64,000 nucleotides of DNA from Candidatus Yanofskybacteria bacterium RIFCSPLOWO2_02_FULL_41_13 (GTDB lineage: Bacteria; Patescibacteriota; Minisyncoccia; 2-02-FULL-40-12; GWA2-44-9): contig MGKQ01000001.1 of NCBI GenBank assembly GCA_001795735.1, forward strand, positions 14,808 through 78,807, written 5' to 3'. Positions within the stretch are counted from its first letter, which is position 1; each line of letters begins with the position of its first letter. The translations under genes were made by a program, and so were the position numbers. Below, piece after piece: positions 27,572 to 38,167 of this stretch. Under the pieces are notes generated by a model. That model ran no database searches, had not been told where the DNA came from, and saw only the letters and a list, made by a program, of their open reading frames with translations.

Positions 27572-29388
27572 GAACATATTTACTGTTCGAGATAGCCAAC
27601 TCCCACGGAGGGTCGAAGGATTATGTATATAAGCTGATAGACGCCCTTCCGCAGGGAAAAAATACCCGCCTTCGCCAAGGCTTCGGCGGGCAAGCCGGGA
27701 TAAAGTTCCAGGTTTTTAAATATGACCAGCTCGCCCTAAAAGATTATGAATGGTACAAGGTTTACGTAAAATTATTTTTCGATAAGGCCAGCTGGAAGAA
27801 GATACTGTTATACACTAAAGGCAAGGGTTTTGATATTTGGATAGACGTTTTTGACTTATATAGTGTCGAAGTGCTTAAGGATAATTTAAATTTAGTTACC
27901 GGCATAAAACTTCAGTCTTCCGTACTGGATAATCTTAGGGTCCTAAAAGGTCTTTCGGAGGTCATAAGGGGCAAGAAGATTAAAGTTATTCTAAATGTTG
28001 CCGGAAGAGAGATAGATAACATAAAAGAAATCCTGACCGATATTAGAGCCGGCTACTTTAGTAACGAGATAATGCTTCAGTGCGGATTCCAGGCCTATCC
28101 GACCGACGCCGAAGACCTGACGATACACAAAATACATGTTTTAAAGTCGGAATTTCCGGACCTAGTCGTATCTTATGCTGACCATGTTGACGGCAAGTCT
28201 CCCCTAGCCTTTGATGTTCCCGTTTTTGCAGTTCTGGCCGGAGCGGGACACATTGAAAAGCATGTCTGCCTGGACAGAAAAAAAACTAAATATGATTTTC
28301 AATCTGCAGTAGAGCCTCATGAACTCACCCTATTGCTATACAAACTAAAGGAGTGCGAAAAAATATTAGGAACAAAACTTATATCCGAAAAAGAGGCAAA
28401 CTATCTTAAGACGACAATAGAAAAACCAATAACTTCCGTTGATATAAGGGCGAGAGATGTTATAAATCTCAAAAATTTCGATTTCAGACGAACTTCTCAG
28501 GAAGGGCTAACTGTCGGCGAGTTGAAAGAAATGATGAAGAAAAGATATGTATTCAGCAAAGACGTTAAGACAGGACAAACAATAAAAAAAAGTAGTTTGA
28601 AAAAGGCGAGGATAGGGGTGCTAATCGCTTGCCGGATGAAATCAACCAGACTAAAGCACAAGGCCGTACTTCCTATCGGTAAATTCAGCTCGATAGAAAG
28701 ATGCATAATAAATGCAAAGAAAATAAAATCAGCTGATGAAATAATCTTAGCCACATCTGCCTTAGCCGAAGACCAGATCCTTAAAAAATATGCCTTGAAG
28801 CACAAGATAAGATTTTTTGCCGGAGACCCGGAAGATGTAATCGCAAGATTTTTGGGGGCTACAGAAAAATACAACTTGGATATAGCTATCAGAGTTACCG
28901 GCGATTGTCCGATAGTTTCATACGAAATGGCTGAGTTTATACTTCAAAGACATTTTGAAAAAGGCAATGACTATACCGGACCAAAAGCGTTCGCCGTCGG
29001 CCAGAATAGCGAAATATACAGCGTAAACACCTTAAAGAGGGTGCTAGAATACTTGGGCGACGCCAGACATTCAGAATATATGACCTGGTACATGCTGACC
29101 AATAAAGACATATTTCAAGTGGATATGGCTGAATTACCGAAAGAATGGGTACGGAACTATCGCCTAACCCTTGATGTTCAGGAAGACCTTGATATGTTCA
29201 ACGCACTGTTTGAGAAGCTTGGAATCAAGGAACCAAGTATAAAAAATGTGTTTGATGTTATCGATAAGAATCCAAGGATACACGAACTCAATGACGCCAT
29301 CGGCTTAAAATACAAAACTGACCAGAAATTAATAGACTTATTAACTAGAGAAACTAAAATTAATCCCCCTAGACCCAAACGACTATGA
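27568..29388 (+). CDS. Divergent NeuB-like synthase fused to SpsF/PseF-like cytidylyltransferase
   Basis: EIANSH, KFQ, ADH, IEKH; then IACRMKSTRL..K, DVIARF, RVTGDCP, RLTLD. Confidence 0.85.
   Translation: MRTYLLFEIANSHGGSKDYVYKLIDALPQGKNTRLRQGFGGQAGIKFQVFKYDQLALKDYEWYKVYVKLFFDKASWKKILLYTKGKGFDIWIDVFDLYSVEVLKDNLNLVTGIKLQSSVLDNLRVLKGLSEVIRGKKIKVILNVAGREIDNIKEILTDIRAGYFSNEIMLQCGFQAYPTDAEDLTIHKIHVLKSEFPDLVVSYADHVDGKSPLAFDVPVFAVLAGAGHIEKHVCLDRKKTKYDFQSAVEPHELTLLLYKLKECEKILGTKLISEKEANYLKTTIEKPITSVDIRARDVINLKNFDFRRTSQEGLTVGELKEMMKKRYVFSKDVKTGQTIKKSSLKKARIGVLIACRMKSTRLKHKAVLPIGKFSSIERCIINAKKIKSADEIILATSALAEDQILKKYALKHKIRFFAGDPEDVIARFLGATEKYNLDIAIRVTGDCPIVSYEMAEFILQRHFEKGNDYTGPKAFAVGQNSEIYSVNTLKRVLEYLGDARHSEYMTWYMLTNKDIFQVDMAELPKEWVRNYRLTLDVQEDLDMFNALFEKLGIKEPSIKNVFDVIDKNPRIHELNDAIGLKYKTDQKLIDLLTRETKINPPRPKRL
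27665..27692. repeat. GC-rich palindromic insert within the coding sequence
   Basis: CCCGCCTTCGCCAAGGCTTCGGCGGGCA read as RLRQGFGGQ just before KFQ. Confidence 0.7.
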
Positions 29389-30548
29389 AACTAAAATACT
29401 GCACAAAATGTGTAATGCCAGCCACAAAACCCGATCTTTTTTTTGATAAGGATGGGGTATGCGACGCATGCAGATCAGCAGAACTCAAATATGACAAAAT
29501 AAAGGGTATCGACTGGAATGCCCGACGCAAAGAATTTGAGCGCATTATCGAAAAGTACCGCTCCAAGGACGGAAAAAATTATGATTGCATCATTCCTGTC
29601 AGTGGCGGCAAAGATAGCCACTACCAAACTTATATCATGAAGGTGGTTTACAAAATGAATCCCCTTCTTGTTTGCTTTGAACAAACAAAAATCAGCGAAT
29701 TGGGCAAAAAGAATATGGAAAATATCAGGAAATTCGGGTGCGACATGATATATTTTAAGAAAAATCCGGAAGTATACCGAAAATTGGAGGTAGAAGGATT
29801 AAAACGAGTCGGCGACAACGACTGGCCGAATCATGTAGGCTGTTTTACTATTCCCGTAAGAGTAGCCGTTCAATTCAACATACCTTTGCTTATCTGGGGA
29901 GAAAATTCCCAGCTGGAATACGGCGGGCCGGCAACGGCCAGGGAGAAAAATTACCTTGATCGTAGATGGATGGAAGAATTCACCCTTTTAGGTAATCGTG
30001 TCGAGGACATGATAGGCGTAGATGGAATAACCAAAGAAGATATGCTCATCTACACTTATCCGGACGACAAAGACTTGAAGCGAGTCGGCGTTACGGGTCT
30101 TTTTTTAGGTTATTTTTTCTTGTGGGATCAGCGCAAGCAAGTAGAGCTCATAAGAAAGAAGTATGGATTCAATATAAAAGAAGATGGCCCCATAGAGGGA
30201 ACGTACACGAACTACGAGAATCTTGATGATGCAACCGTGGGACTGCATGATTACCTTAAATTCACTAAGTATGGTTTTGGCCGGGGAACAGATCATGCAT
30301 GTACCGATATCCGGAACGGCCGGATAACCAGAGAAGAGGGACTGGATCTTGTACGAAAATATGATGGCAAATATCCTTATTACGGAGTAAAAAGCTTCTG
30401 TGAAATGTCGGGCATGAGCAAGAAAGAGGTTGATAAATATATTGATTCTTTCACTAATAAGCAGATATTCAAAATGGATAAAAGAGGTAAGTTTTTACGT
30501 GATATGGCGGGTAATCTAATAAAAAATAACTATGACAACGAGCTTTAA
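29385..30548 (+). CDS. N-acetyl sugar amidotransferase (WbuX/PseA-like)
   Basis: CTKC...CDAC, SGGKDS PP-loop, WGEN, KYGFGR. Confidence 0.9.
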   Translation: MKLKYCTKCVMPATKPDLFFDKDGVCDACRSAELKYDKIKGIDWNARRKEFERIIEKYRSKDGKNYDCIIPVSGGKDSHYQTYIMKVVYKMNPLLVCFEQTKISELGKKNMENIRKFGCDMIYFKKNPEVYRKLEVEGLKRVGDNDWPNHVGCFTIPVRVAVQFNIPLLIWGENSQLEYGGPATAREKNYLDRRWMEEFTLLGNRVEDMIGVDGITKEDMLIYTYPDDKDLKRVGVTGLFLGYFFLWDQRKQVELIRKKYGFNIKEDGPIEGTYTNYENLDDATVGLHDYLKFTKYGFGRGTDHACTDIRNGRITREEGLDLVRKYDGKYPYYGVKSFCEMSGMSKKEVDKYIDSFTNKQIFKMDKRGKFLRDMAGNLIKNNYDNEL

Positions 30549-31149
30549 AAAAGTTGTTATCATTGATTACCAGATGGGTAATGTAGCATCGGTTATTAAG
30601 GCATTCGAGAAGCTAGGAGCAAAGATTAAATTATCCCGAAATAAAAATGATATAGAAAAAGCTGAATATCTTGTCTTGCCCGGGGTAGGAGCTTTCGGAG
30701 ATGGAATGAAGAATCTCAAACAGTTTGGAATAATTGATGTTCTCTCACGGCAAGTAAAGAAAGGCGTGCCATTTCTAGGTATTTGCCTGGGGATGCAATT
30801 GTTAGCTGAGCGAGGTTATGAATTCGGAGAGTGCAAGGGTCTTGGCTGGATAAAAGGCAAGGTAATAAAACTCAAATCTCCCACCGTACCCCATATCGGC
30901 TGGAACGATGTGAGGGTAACTAAAAATAAAAAAATTCTAAGCAATCTGCCTGATAATAATTTTTACTTTATCCACAGTTATTTTTTAAAACCCAACAACA
31001 AGTCGATAATAGCAGCTACTTGCAAACATGGACATGAGTTTACCGCCGCCATAGAACAAGGAAATATTTGGGGCACCCAGTTCCATCCCGAAAAAAGCCA
31101 GTCAAGCGGACTGAAGGTCTTGGATAACTTCCTGAACTACCATGCTTAA
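30532..31149 (+). CDS. HisH-like glutamine amidotransferase (glycan-associated, WbuY-like)
   Basis: LPGVGAF, GICLGMQ, YFIHSY, QFHPEKS. Confidence 0.9.
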   Translation: MTTSFKKVVIIDYQMGNVASVIKAFEKLGAKIKLSRNKNDIEKAEYLVLPGVGAFGDGMKNLKQFGIIDVLSRQVKKGVPFLGICLGMQLLAERGYEFGECKGLGWIKGKVIKLKSPTVPHIGWNDVRVTKNKKILSNLPDNNFYFIHSYFLKPNNKSIIAATCKHGHEFTAAIEQGNIWGTQFHPEKSQSSGLKVLDNFLNYHA

Positions 31150-31915
31150 AACCAGAGTGATGCCCTGCATGCTTTTCAATGGCCTGCATTTGATAAAGAC
31201 TATACAATTCGACCAGATCAGAAACCTTGGAAATCCGGTCCAAATGGCCAGAGTATACAATTCGCGCAACGTTGATGAACTTATATTTATAGACATGAAA
31301 GCGACTGAAGAAGACAGACCTCCAGCTTATGAAATTATAAAAGATATAATTGCCGAATGCTTTATGCCTTTAACCGTTGGAGGAGGAATTCATTCCATAG
31401 AAGTTATTCATAGATTACTAAAAATCGGAGCTGATAAAGTATGCATAAATTCCGAGGCCATAAATAATCCCGCCTTTGTGACTGCCGCCGCAAAAAAATT
31501 TGGAAGCCAATGCATCGTGATAAGTATTGACGTTAAACAAGTCCGTAAAGACCACTATGTTTTTAAATCGCGGGGACGAGAAAATACAAACATAACCGTA
31601 ATCGAATGGGTTAAACAGGTAGAGAAACTAGGCGCCGGAGAGATATTCCTTACTTCAATCGACAAAGATGGAACCATGGATGGATACGATTTGGACCTCA
31701 TAAAAAAAGTTAGCTCCGCCGTGTCAGTTCCTGTCATTGCCTGTGGTGGAGCAGGCAAAGTCCAGGATATAATTGATGCAGTAAAACTCGGTGGCGCTGA
31801 TGCCATATCGCTTGCCAGCATCTTCCATTATGGGGGTCACACGCCAAACAGCATAAAGCAAAGAATGTATAATGCCGGAATACCCGTAAGATTCATTGAC
31901 AAGAACCAAATATAA
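31142..31915 (+). CDS. HisF-like cyclase-fold protein (glycan-associated, WbuZ-like)
   Basis: DELIFID, PLTVGGGI, GAGEIFLTSIDKDG, PVIACGG. Confidence 0.9.
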   Translation: MLKTRVMPCMLFNGLHLIKTIQFDQIRNLGNPVQMARVYNSRNVDELIFIDMKATEEDRPPAYEIIKDIIAECFMPLTVGGGIHSIEVIHRLLKIGADKVCINSEAINNPAFVTAAAKKFGSQCIVISIDVKQVRKDHYVFKSRGRENTNITVIEWVKQVEKLGAGEIFLTSIDKDGTMDGYDLDLIKKVSSAVSVPVIACGGAGKVQDIIDAVKLGGADAISLASIFHYGGHTPNSIKQRMYNAGIPVRFIDKNQI

Positions 31916-31953
31916 AATATAATATGATTCAGTACTTTAATATCCGAGGGACT

Positions 31954-32580
31954 ATGATTAAAAAAATTGACATCATAACCGTACTTGGCGGAAGTTTATT
32001 TAAAGAAGCTGACGGCAATTGGAGAACCACGAGCTTTGAGGATCTCCAACATAATGGCGCGGCGGGCATGGGTGACAATCTGCGAGTTATTGCCGGAAAT
32101 TTACTTTTTCAGACGCTACATCGAAAATTGCCTGGCTCAGTTCTGGTATCTGGAGGAAGAGGCAAAAATTGTAACGATTCGGCTAAACCAACGGTATCTT
32201 CTATTATGAAGAAAGAACTTATAGCACTTGGCCTTCCGGGAAAATTCATAGCCGAAGACCCTCATTCTAATTCTACTTATGCTCAACTTCTCTGGTTAAG
32301 CAAGTATATGAACAATAAAACTGGCATAGTCGGCATAGTATCAAATGAGTACCATTTGCCACGAATACAGGCATTTATTGACTGGCGGCCGGAATTAAAT
32401 CTGTTATGTGATAGGGCCGCCTTAATATCTGCCGAGCAAATCCTTACCGCTAAAGATCCTAAAAAATGGCGTGAGAAAATAAGCGATGCTTATAGAACCA
32501 GCGCGATGCAGGATATTATAGCCCGCGAAAAAAACGGAATTGAGAATATCAAGAAGGGGCAATACAAATTTTATGTCTAA
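31954..32580 (+). CDS. YdcF/DUF218 (ElyC/SanA-like) protein
   Basis: VLGG, LVSGG, SNST, VSNEYHLPR. Confidence 0.75.
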   Translation: MIKKIDIITVLGGSLFKEADGNWRTTSFEDLQHNGAAGMGDNLRVIAGNLLFQTLHRKLPGSVLVSGGRGKNCNDSAKPTVSSIMKKELIALGLPGKFIAEDPHSNSTYAQLLWLSKYMNNKTGIVGIVSNEYHLPRIQAFIDWRPELNLLCDRAALISAEQILTAKDPKKWREKISDAYRTSAMQDIIAREKNGIENIKKGQYKFYV

Positions 32581-33313
32581 GGCAAATAACTTATTTATAA
32601 TTTTCGGGACATCCAGGGGTCTGGGCTTTGCCTTGTGCAATTATATATTGCAATTCTCCCATAATGATATTCTGGCGATAGACAGGAGAAAGCTACCGGG
32701 CATTTCTTCTGGTCGCCTCCAAAGAACTATTATTGACTTATCTAAACCTCTCTCGCCAACTGCAATATCAGGTCTACTTCGTTCTTCACTCCTAAAAAAT
32801 TATAAGAACCTGTATCTCATAAATAACGCTTCCCTTCTGGAGCCGATAGGTCCCGCCGGTAAGGTTAATACAGTTGAACTAACACGGCTAGCCAGTGTTA
32901 ATTTTCTGAATTATGCCGTTATTATTAACGAGTTCATGAGACGAACTAAAAATCTGAGAGCGCGCAAAAGAATACTTAATGTCACTTCAGGCGCTTCTGT
33001 TCATCCCCAGTATGGCCTAGCGGGATACTGCAGTACAAAAGCTGCGCTTGAAATGTTTGGAAGCTGTATCTTTCTAGAGCAACAGGTGCTTAATCAGGTA
33101 GAGATTATGTCTTTTAGGCCGGGCGTTATAAATACGGATATGCAAAAAAAACTACGGGAAAGCTCGGGGGCAAATTTTCTGAATAATAAGGTTCATCAGG
33201 AATTGTATACAAAAAATGCCCTACTTACTCCCGAATACGTAGCAAAAATAATGTACGGTACTTTAACTGCCCGTAAAAAATGGGCTGAGCCAATTTTAGA
33301 TTTAAGTATATGA
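32573..33313 (+). CDS. Short-chain dehydrogenase/reductase
   Basis: GTSRGLG, INNA, YCSTK, PGVINTDMQ. Confidence 0.88.
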   Translation: MSKANNLFIIFGTSRGLGFALCNYILQFSHNDILAIDRRKLPGISSGRLQRTIIDLSKPLSPTAISGLLRSSLLKNYKNLYLINNASLLEPIGPAGKVNTVELTRLASVNFLNYAVIINEFMRRTKNLRARKRILNVTSGASVHPQYGLAGYCSTKAALEMFGSCIFLEQQVLNQVEIMSFRPGVINTDMQKKLRESSGANFLNNKVHQELYTKNALLTPEYVAKIMYGTLTARKKWAEPILDLSI

Positions 33314-34344
33314 TCAAAGCTCTTGTTACTGCATGCGGCGGAGATATAGGGCAAGGGGTCATAAAATCCCTTCGAATGTCCGGTGAAAAAATAAGAGTCA
33401 TCGGCACCGAAATCACAGCTGACAATTGCGGATTATTTATGGCTGACAAAGGTTATATACTTGAACCGGTTCTTAAAAATGAGAAAAGATACCTGAAGCA
33501 GTTAGTTGCCATATGTAATGAGGAACGGGTCGATATCGTATTTGTATGTTTTGAAGCCGAACAATCTGCCATTGCCAGCGCGATAAATATACTAAATAAA
33601 AAAACAGGGGCTTACTTTGTAGTTCAGTCCAAAAAGACTTTAGATATCTGTCAGGAAGACAAATCGCTCACATACGCATTTCTGTCTAAGCGGGGCATCC
33701 GAGTACCCGAAACCTACACGACAAAGAAAATGGCTGAAATATTGATTAAAAAGTATGGTTGGCCTATTATTCTTAAGCCTAGACAGAGTTCCGGATCAAG
33801 AGATGTACACATAATCCGTACACGAAAAGAGCTTGATATCTTATGGGATAAGATAGACAAGCCCTTGATCCAAGAATACATCAACAACGGTCAGGATGAC
33901 GAATATACAGTCGGTGTCTTCTTAAATAAGGATTCCGAGGCCCTAGGAGCAATTGCTATGTTAAGAAAACTAAAACTGGGAATGACTTGGCATGCGATAG
34001 TCAATCATTACCCGGACATAGAGGAGATCGCCGGAAAGACCGCAGAGAGCGTAGGCGCAATAGGACCATGTAATATACAAATTCGAAGAGATAGAAACAA
34101 CAAGCCATGCGTCATAGAGATAAACGCCAGAATCTCAAGTACCACTGTATTCAGAGCAAAATTAGGATTTAACGAGGCCCTGGCATCTATAGACTATTTC
34201 TTAAAAGGTAAGATACCTAAGCTAAGTCACAGACCGGCCGTAATAATGCGTACATTTGGTGAGTATATAGTTCCATTAGATAAATATCTAAAAATTAAAT
34301 CGAAAAATATTACTAATGCAAATGAAAAGTATGAAACCAATTAG
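33310..34344 (+). CDS. ATP-grasp protein
   Basis: DKS, ILKPR..SGSR, IQEYI, EYTV, EINAR. Confidence 0.85.
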   Translation: MIKALVTACGGDIGQGVIKSLRMSGEKIRVIGTEITADNCGLFMADKGYILEPVLKNEKRYLKQLVAICNEERVDIVFVCFEAEQSAIASAINILNKKTGAYFVVQSKKTLDICQEDKSLTYAFLSKRGIRVPETYTTKKMAEILIKKYGWPIILKPRQSSGSRDVHIIRTRKELDILWDKIDKPLIQEYINNGQDDEYTVGVFLNKDSEALGAIAMLRKLKLGMTWHAIVNHYPDIEEIAGKTAESVGAIGPCNIQIRRDRNNKPCVIEINARISSTTVFRAKLGFNEALASIDYFLKGKIPKLSHRPAVIMRTFGEYIVPLDKYLKIKSKNITNANEKYETN

Positions 34345-35398
34345 TATTGAAACAAGGGGGGGCATAAGGCACATAGGGCCAGGCTACCCCTCTTTTATTG
34401 TCGCCGAACTATCAGGAAACCATAGCCAATCATACAAAACTGCCTGCAAAATTATTGACGCGATAGCAGACACAGGCGCCGATGCCGTAAAACTCCAGAC
34501 TTACACCGCCGATACGATGACCATCGATTCGGATAAAAAATACTTTAAACTGACAGGGAGCAAGCTTTGGAAAGGAGAGACGCTCTATGGTCTATATAAA
34601 AAAGCATCTACTCCCTGGGACTGGCATCCGAGATTAAAAAGCTACGCCGAGAAGAGAGGCCTTGTATTTTTTTCCACTCCTTTTGACAATACCGCTGTTG
34701 ATTTTTTAAAAAAAATGAATGTTCCTCTTTACAAGGTCGCCTCATATGAACTGACCGACACTCCCTTGCTCCAAAAAATTGCCAGTACAAAAAAGCCTGT
34801 TATTTTGTCCAGGGGCATGGCTTCAATCAAAGAAATAGGCCTAGCTATAAATACATTAAGAAAATACGGAACGAGACAAATCGCAGTATTGCATTGCATA
34901 AGTTCATATCCTACAGACCCAAAGGATATGAATCTTAGAACTATTCCTGACATAATGAGTAGATTCCGGGTTATTTCTGGATTGTCGGACCACAGCATTA
35001 CCAACAATGCTGCTATCGCCTCCATAGCCCTGGGAGCAAGCATCATTGAAAAGCATATTACCCTGAACCGCCACGACAAAGGAGTCGATTCTAAATTTTC
35101 TTTGGAACCACATGAATTTAAAGATCTCGTTAAAGCAGTGAGGGAGACGGAGAATGCTTTGGGCAAAATACATTATGCTACAACGCTCTCAGAGATAAAT
35201 GACAAATTATATCGTCGGTCTTTATTCATAACCAAGAGCATTCGGAAGGGAGAAAAATTTACCAAAAATAACACCAGGATAATTAGACCCGGTTACGGCC
35301 TAGCACCAAGATACTTCAGTATGGTAATCGGGAAAAAAGCTAAGAAAAATATAGAGAGGGGGACTCCCCTGACCCGGAGACTCATCTTGTCAAAATAG
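34316..35398 (+). CDS. pseI: Pseudaminic acid synthase
   Basis: AELSGNH, KLQTYTADT, STPFD, LHCISSYP, SDHS, EKH, FSLEP, C-terminal SAF domain. Confidence 0.88.
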   Translation: MQMKSMKPISIETRGGIRHIGPGYPSFIVAELSGNHSQSYKTACKIIDAIADTGADAVKLQTYTADTMTIDSDKKYFKLTGSKLWKGETLYGLYKKASTPWDWHPRLKSYAEKRGLVFFSTPFDNTAVDFLKKMNVPLYKVASYELTDTPLLQKIASTKKPVILSRGMASIKEIGLAINTLRKYGTRQIAVLHCISSYPTDPKDMNLRTIPDIMSRFRVISGLSDHSITNNAAIASIALGASIIEKHITLNRHDKGVDSKFSLEPHEFKDLVKAVRETENALGKIHYATTLSEINDKLYRRSLFITKSIRKGEKFTKNNTRIIRPGYGLAPRYFSMVIGKKAKKNIERGTPLTRRLILSK

Positions 35399-35450
35399 GA
35401 TGGAATGGTATATTTTAATACGAGTTCTTTAATTTTTCCAAGGAGATAAG

Positions 35451-36362
35451 ATGTCTGATTTAACAGCATTTCGACAACCTCTTCCGGGCGTATTACGCAT
35501 AGAGCCTGCATCAGCCTGCAATTTTAAATGCATCCACTGCCCAACCGGCCTAGGTATGAATCCGGATACGGGGATCATGACTGAAGAGACTTTTTCCGGT
35601 ATTCTTAGCCGAATTAAGCATTTACAATTCCGCGTTATTGTTCTCTACCATGGAGGCGAACCTTTGCTGAATCCCAGGTTTGCTGAAATGATCAAACGTG
35701 TCAGGCCTTACACTAAATTCATAAAAACGGTTACTAATGGTTCCATTTTGACTCAACGTCGTATAGATGAGATACTGGCAAGCGATCTTGATCTGATTGA
35801 GGTATCTATTGATGGCGATTCGCCGGAAGAGAACGATCAAATACGCAAGAACGCAAAATGTGAAAAAATCATTACTGCCGTTAAAGCAATTATTGATACT
35901 AAAAGGCGCCTAGGCCTGGACAGGCCCAAGGTGAATATTGGCAATGTGCGTATTCCGGGTTCAAATACCAATACCAACCTACCTCCAGACGTACCAGAGT
36001 TTTTAAAAAAAGCTTTTGTAGGTTACGAACAGGACATCATGTTTCGTATGTATTATGCTTTAGTCTGGGCAAATATGATAGGCAGTGAAAATAAAATTCC
36101 TGAAAATAACTATTGTGACAACGTGGTGAATACCATCACTGTTCGCCATAATGGAGACGTGGTGCCATGCTGTTACGATTTGACCAGCTCCATGGTCATG
36201 GGCAACCTCCTTACTGAATCCCTTGAGAGTATCTGGAACAATGACCGCTATTTAAAACTTAGGGCGGCTATCGCAAATTTTCAGCCGCCAGCCCCGTGCC
36301 AAAACTGCCTAGTTCTATATCCTTCCCGCCACTTAAAATCCAGTGAAATCAGCCTGGTATGA
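35451..36362 (+). CDS. Radical SAM protein with SPASM/Twitch domain
   Basis: CNFKCIHC, GGEPLL, GDVVPCC, CQNC. Confidence 0.9.
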   Translation: MSDLTAFRQPLPGVLRIEPASACNFKCIHCPTGLGMNPDTGIMTEETFSGILSRIKHLQFRVIVLYHGGEPLLNPRFAEMIKRVRPYTKFIKTVTNGSILTQRRIDEILASDLDLIEVSIDGDSPEENDQIRKNAKCEKIITAVKAIIDTKRRLGLDRPKVNIGNVRIPGSNTNTNLPPDVPEFLKKAFVGYEQDIMFRMYYALVWANMIGSENKIPENNYCDNVVNTITVRHNGDVVPCCYDLTSSMVMGNLLTESLESIWNNDRYLKLRAAIANFQPPAPCQNCLVLYPSRHLKSSEISLV

Positions 36363-36413
36363 TCTATGCAGCGCGCACTATGCGCGCTTTTAATTCTAAA
36401 TAAAAAGATTCCG

Positions 36414-37259
36414 ATGAATCCGATACGATCGATTAAAAAAATAGCTTTGCAGTATCAACTATATTTTAAATATCGTGATATGCTAGCAAAGAATAAAAAG
36501 CTTAAAAATACCGAGAGCAAGCGGTGTTTTATTATAGGTACCGGACCCTCTGTTAAAGACCAGGACTTATTGCGCTTAAAAGATGAGGATACATTTGTAG
36601 TAAACTCTTTTTGGAATCACCCGCAATATAAAGAAATAAACCCTAAGTACTACGTGATGATAGATTGGGATATATTCCCTGTCGGTGATCAAAAAGGTAA
36701 TTTCGTATCAGATGAAGTTATACAAAAGCAAGAACTGTTGAATTCTTGCTCAACTAAATTCTTCTTTCACTCATTCGGCAAAGAATTTATAGAAAAAAAC
36801 GGGCTCCTGCAGAATAACAGAATCTACTACCTAATGAACCATGGGGTAATGGATGAAAAATTAAAATTCAACATTGATATAGAAAAGGTTATTCCATACA
36901 CAAAAAACGTAATTGTAGCTTCAATAATGATTGCTGCCTACATGGGCTTTGAGGAAATATACCTTCTCGGCTGTGAACATGACTACCTGGCATATCCGGC
37001 ACAGAAGTACTACGAGAAGTTTCCCCATTTTTTTAAAAATCCCTACGAGCTTAGCAATAAAAAATCATCGAGTTATTATATTATGGCCGTTATGCCGTAT
37101 GAAAAACATATTTACAACTCTCTTATTTTATTTAGGAACTACCGCCTGCTGAAAGAGAAGCTGAGCAGAGAAAAACCTAATCTTAAGATTTATAATGCCA
37201 CACCCAATAGTTATTTAGACGTATTTCCGATGGTTAAATATGAGGACATTATTCTCTAA
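36414..37259 (+). CDS. DUF115/Maf-like putative nonulosonic acid transferase
   Basis: RCFIIGTGPS, AAYMGFEEIYLLG, IYNATP. Confidence 0.7.
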   Translation: MNPIRSIKKIALQYQLYFKYRDMLAKNKKLKNTESKRCFIIGTGPSVKDQDLLRLKDEDTFVVNSFWNHPQYKEINPKYYVMIDWDIFPVGDQKGNFVSDEVIQKQELLNSCSTKFFFHSFGKEFIEKNGLLQNNRIYYLMNHGVMDEKLKFNIDIEKVIPYTKNVIVASIMIAAYMGFEEIYLLGCEHDYLAYPAQKYYEKFPHFFKNPYELSNKKSSSYYIMAVMPYEKHIYNSLILFRNYRLLKEKLSREKPNLKIYNATPNSYLDVFPMVKYEDIIL

Positions 37260-37280
37260 GAAGCTCTGCCCTAAAAGTCT

Positions 37281-38120
37281 CTAGATTTTACGATACACAT
37301 GCTCAGGCACAACGGTCTTGCATGATTTTTTAATAAAATCAAAAGTGGCATCTCTTTGCTCCTGCGCTTGTCTAATATGAGTCCAGCTAAAATCGCTTTC
37401 TTTCGGAAATTTTATAATTAATATCCCGCCTTCTCGCATAGACTCAATCAGGCCCTGAGCAATTTTAAGAGGTTCTGTTGTATGCTCGAGACAATCAATA
37501 GCTACCACGCCGGCATAGTGATTTTTAGGTAATTGCTCCTTGCCAAGATTTATTATTTTACAAGCATAGGGAAACATCCATTTTGATATAAAATCTAATG
37601 CACATGACGGAATATCGGCAGCATCAACCGCTTTAAAGCCCTTGGAGAAAAGATAATGGAAAAAAACGCCCGAACCACAGCCAAAATCCAGTATTGGCTC
37701 ATTTTTTTTCACCGAACTTTTAAGAATATGGTATGTCTGAACCATTTTCTTCTTACAGCCATAATCGTACTTGCTGTAATAAGCCTGTCTCCAAATATCC
37801 ATATCGTGTTCCTGATAAAAGTGCTCTATCGAAGCCTGGTCATTTCTGGAGCGCGAATTCCATAATTCTTCAGCCCCTATTCTTGAAAAGTAGTAGCGAG
37901 CCCTAAGCTCTTCGTCTGAATCAAGATTATACGCTTTCTTAACAAATGGAATTATGCTCATGGCCGAGAATGAAGACTTGGAAAACATTCTCAGTAGAAA
38001 GTAATCCCATATTAAAAACTTACCCGATAAAGTAGTATATGGAAACTGACTGAAGGCTTTCATTAGATTTTTTAACTGCATAGACATGACAAATATTACA
38101 TTTTTTAGATCGTTTTGCAA
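37281..38120 (-). CDS. Class I SAM methyltransferase (start uncertain)
   Basis: ILDFGCGSG, DCLEH. Confidence 0.8.
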   Translation of the reverse strand: MQNDLKNVIFVMSMQLKNLMKAFSQFPYTTLSGKFLIWDYFLLRMFSKSSFSAMSIIPFVKKAYNLDSDEELRARYYFSRIGAEELWNSRSRNDQASIEHFYQEHDMDIWRQAYYSKYDYGCKKKMVQTYHILKSSVKKNEPILDFGCGSGVFFHYLFSKGFKAVDAADIPSCALDFISKWMFPYACKIINLGKEQLPKNHYAGVVAIDCLEHTTEPLKIAQGLIESMREGGILIIKFPKESDFSWTHIRQAQEQRDATFDFIKKSCKTVVPEHVYRKI

Positions 38121-38167
38121 CCAGACATTAAGTTGTCAGATCATCTAATTTATGACAAAATGCATGG

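Noticed and set aside
30532..31915. Histidine biosynthesis hisH/hisF
   Set aside because: They follow an N-acetyl sugar amidotransferase with no other his genes, the known glycan amidation arrangement.
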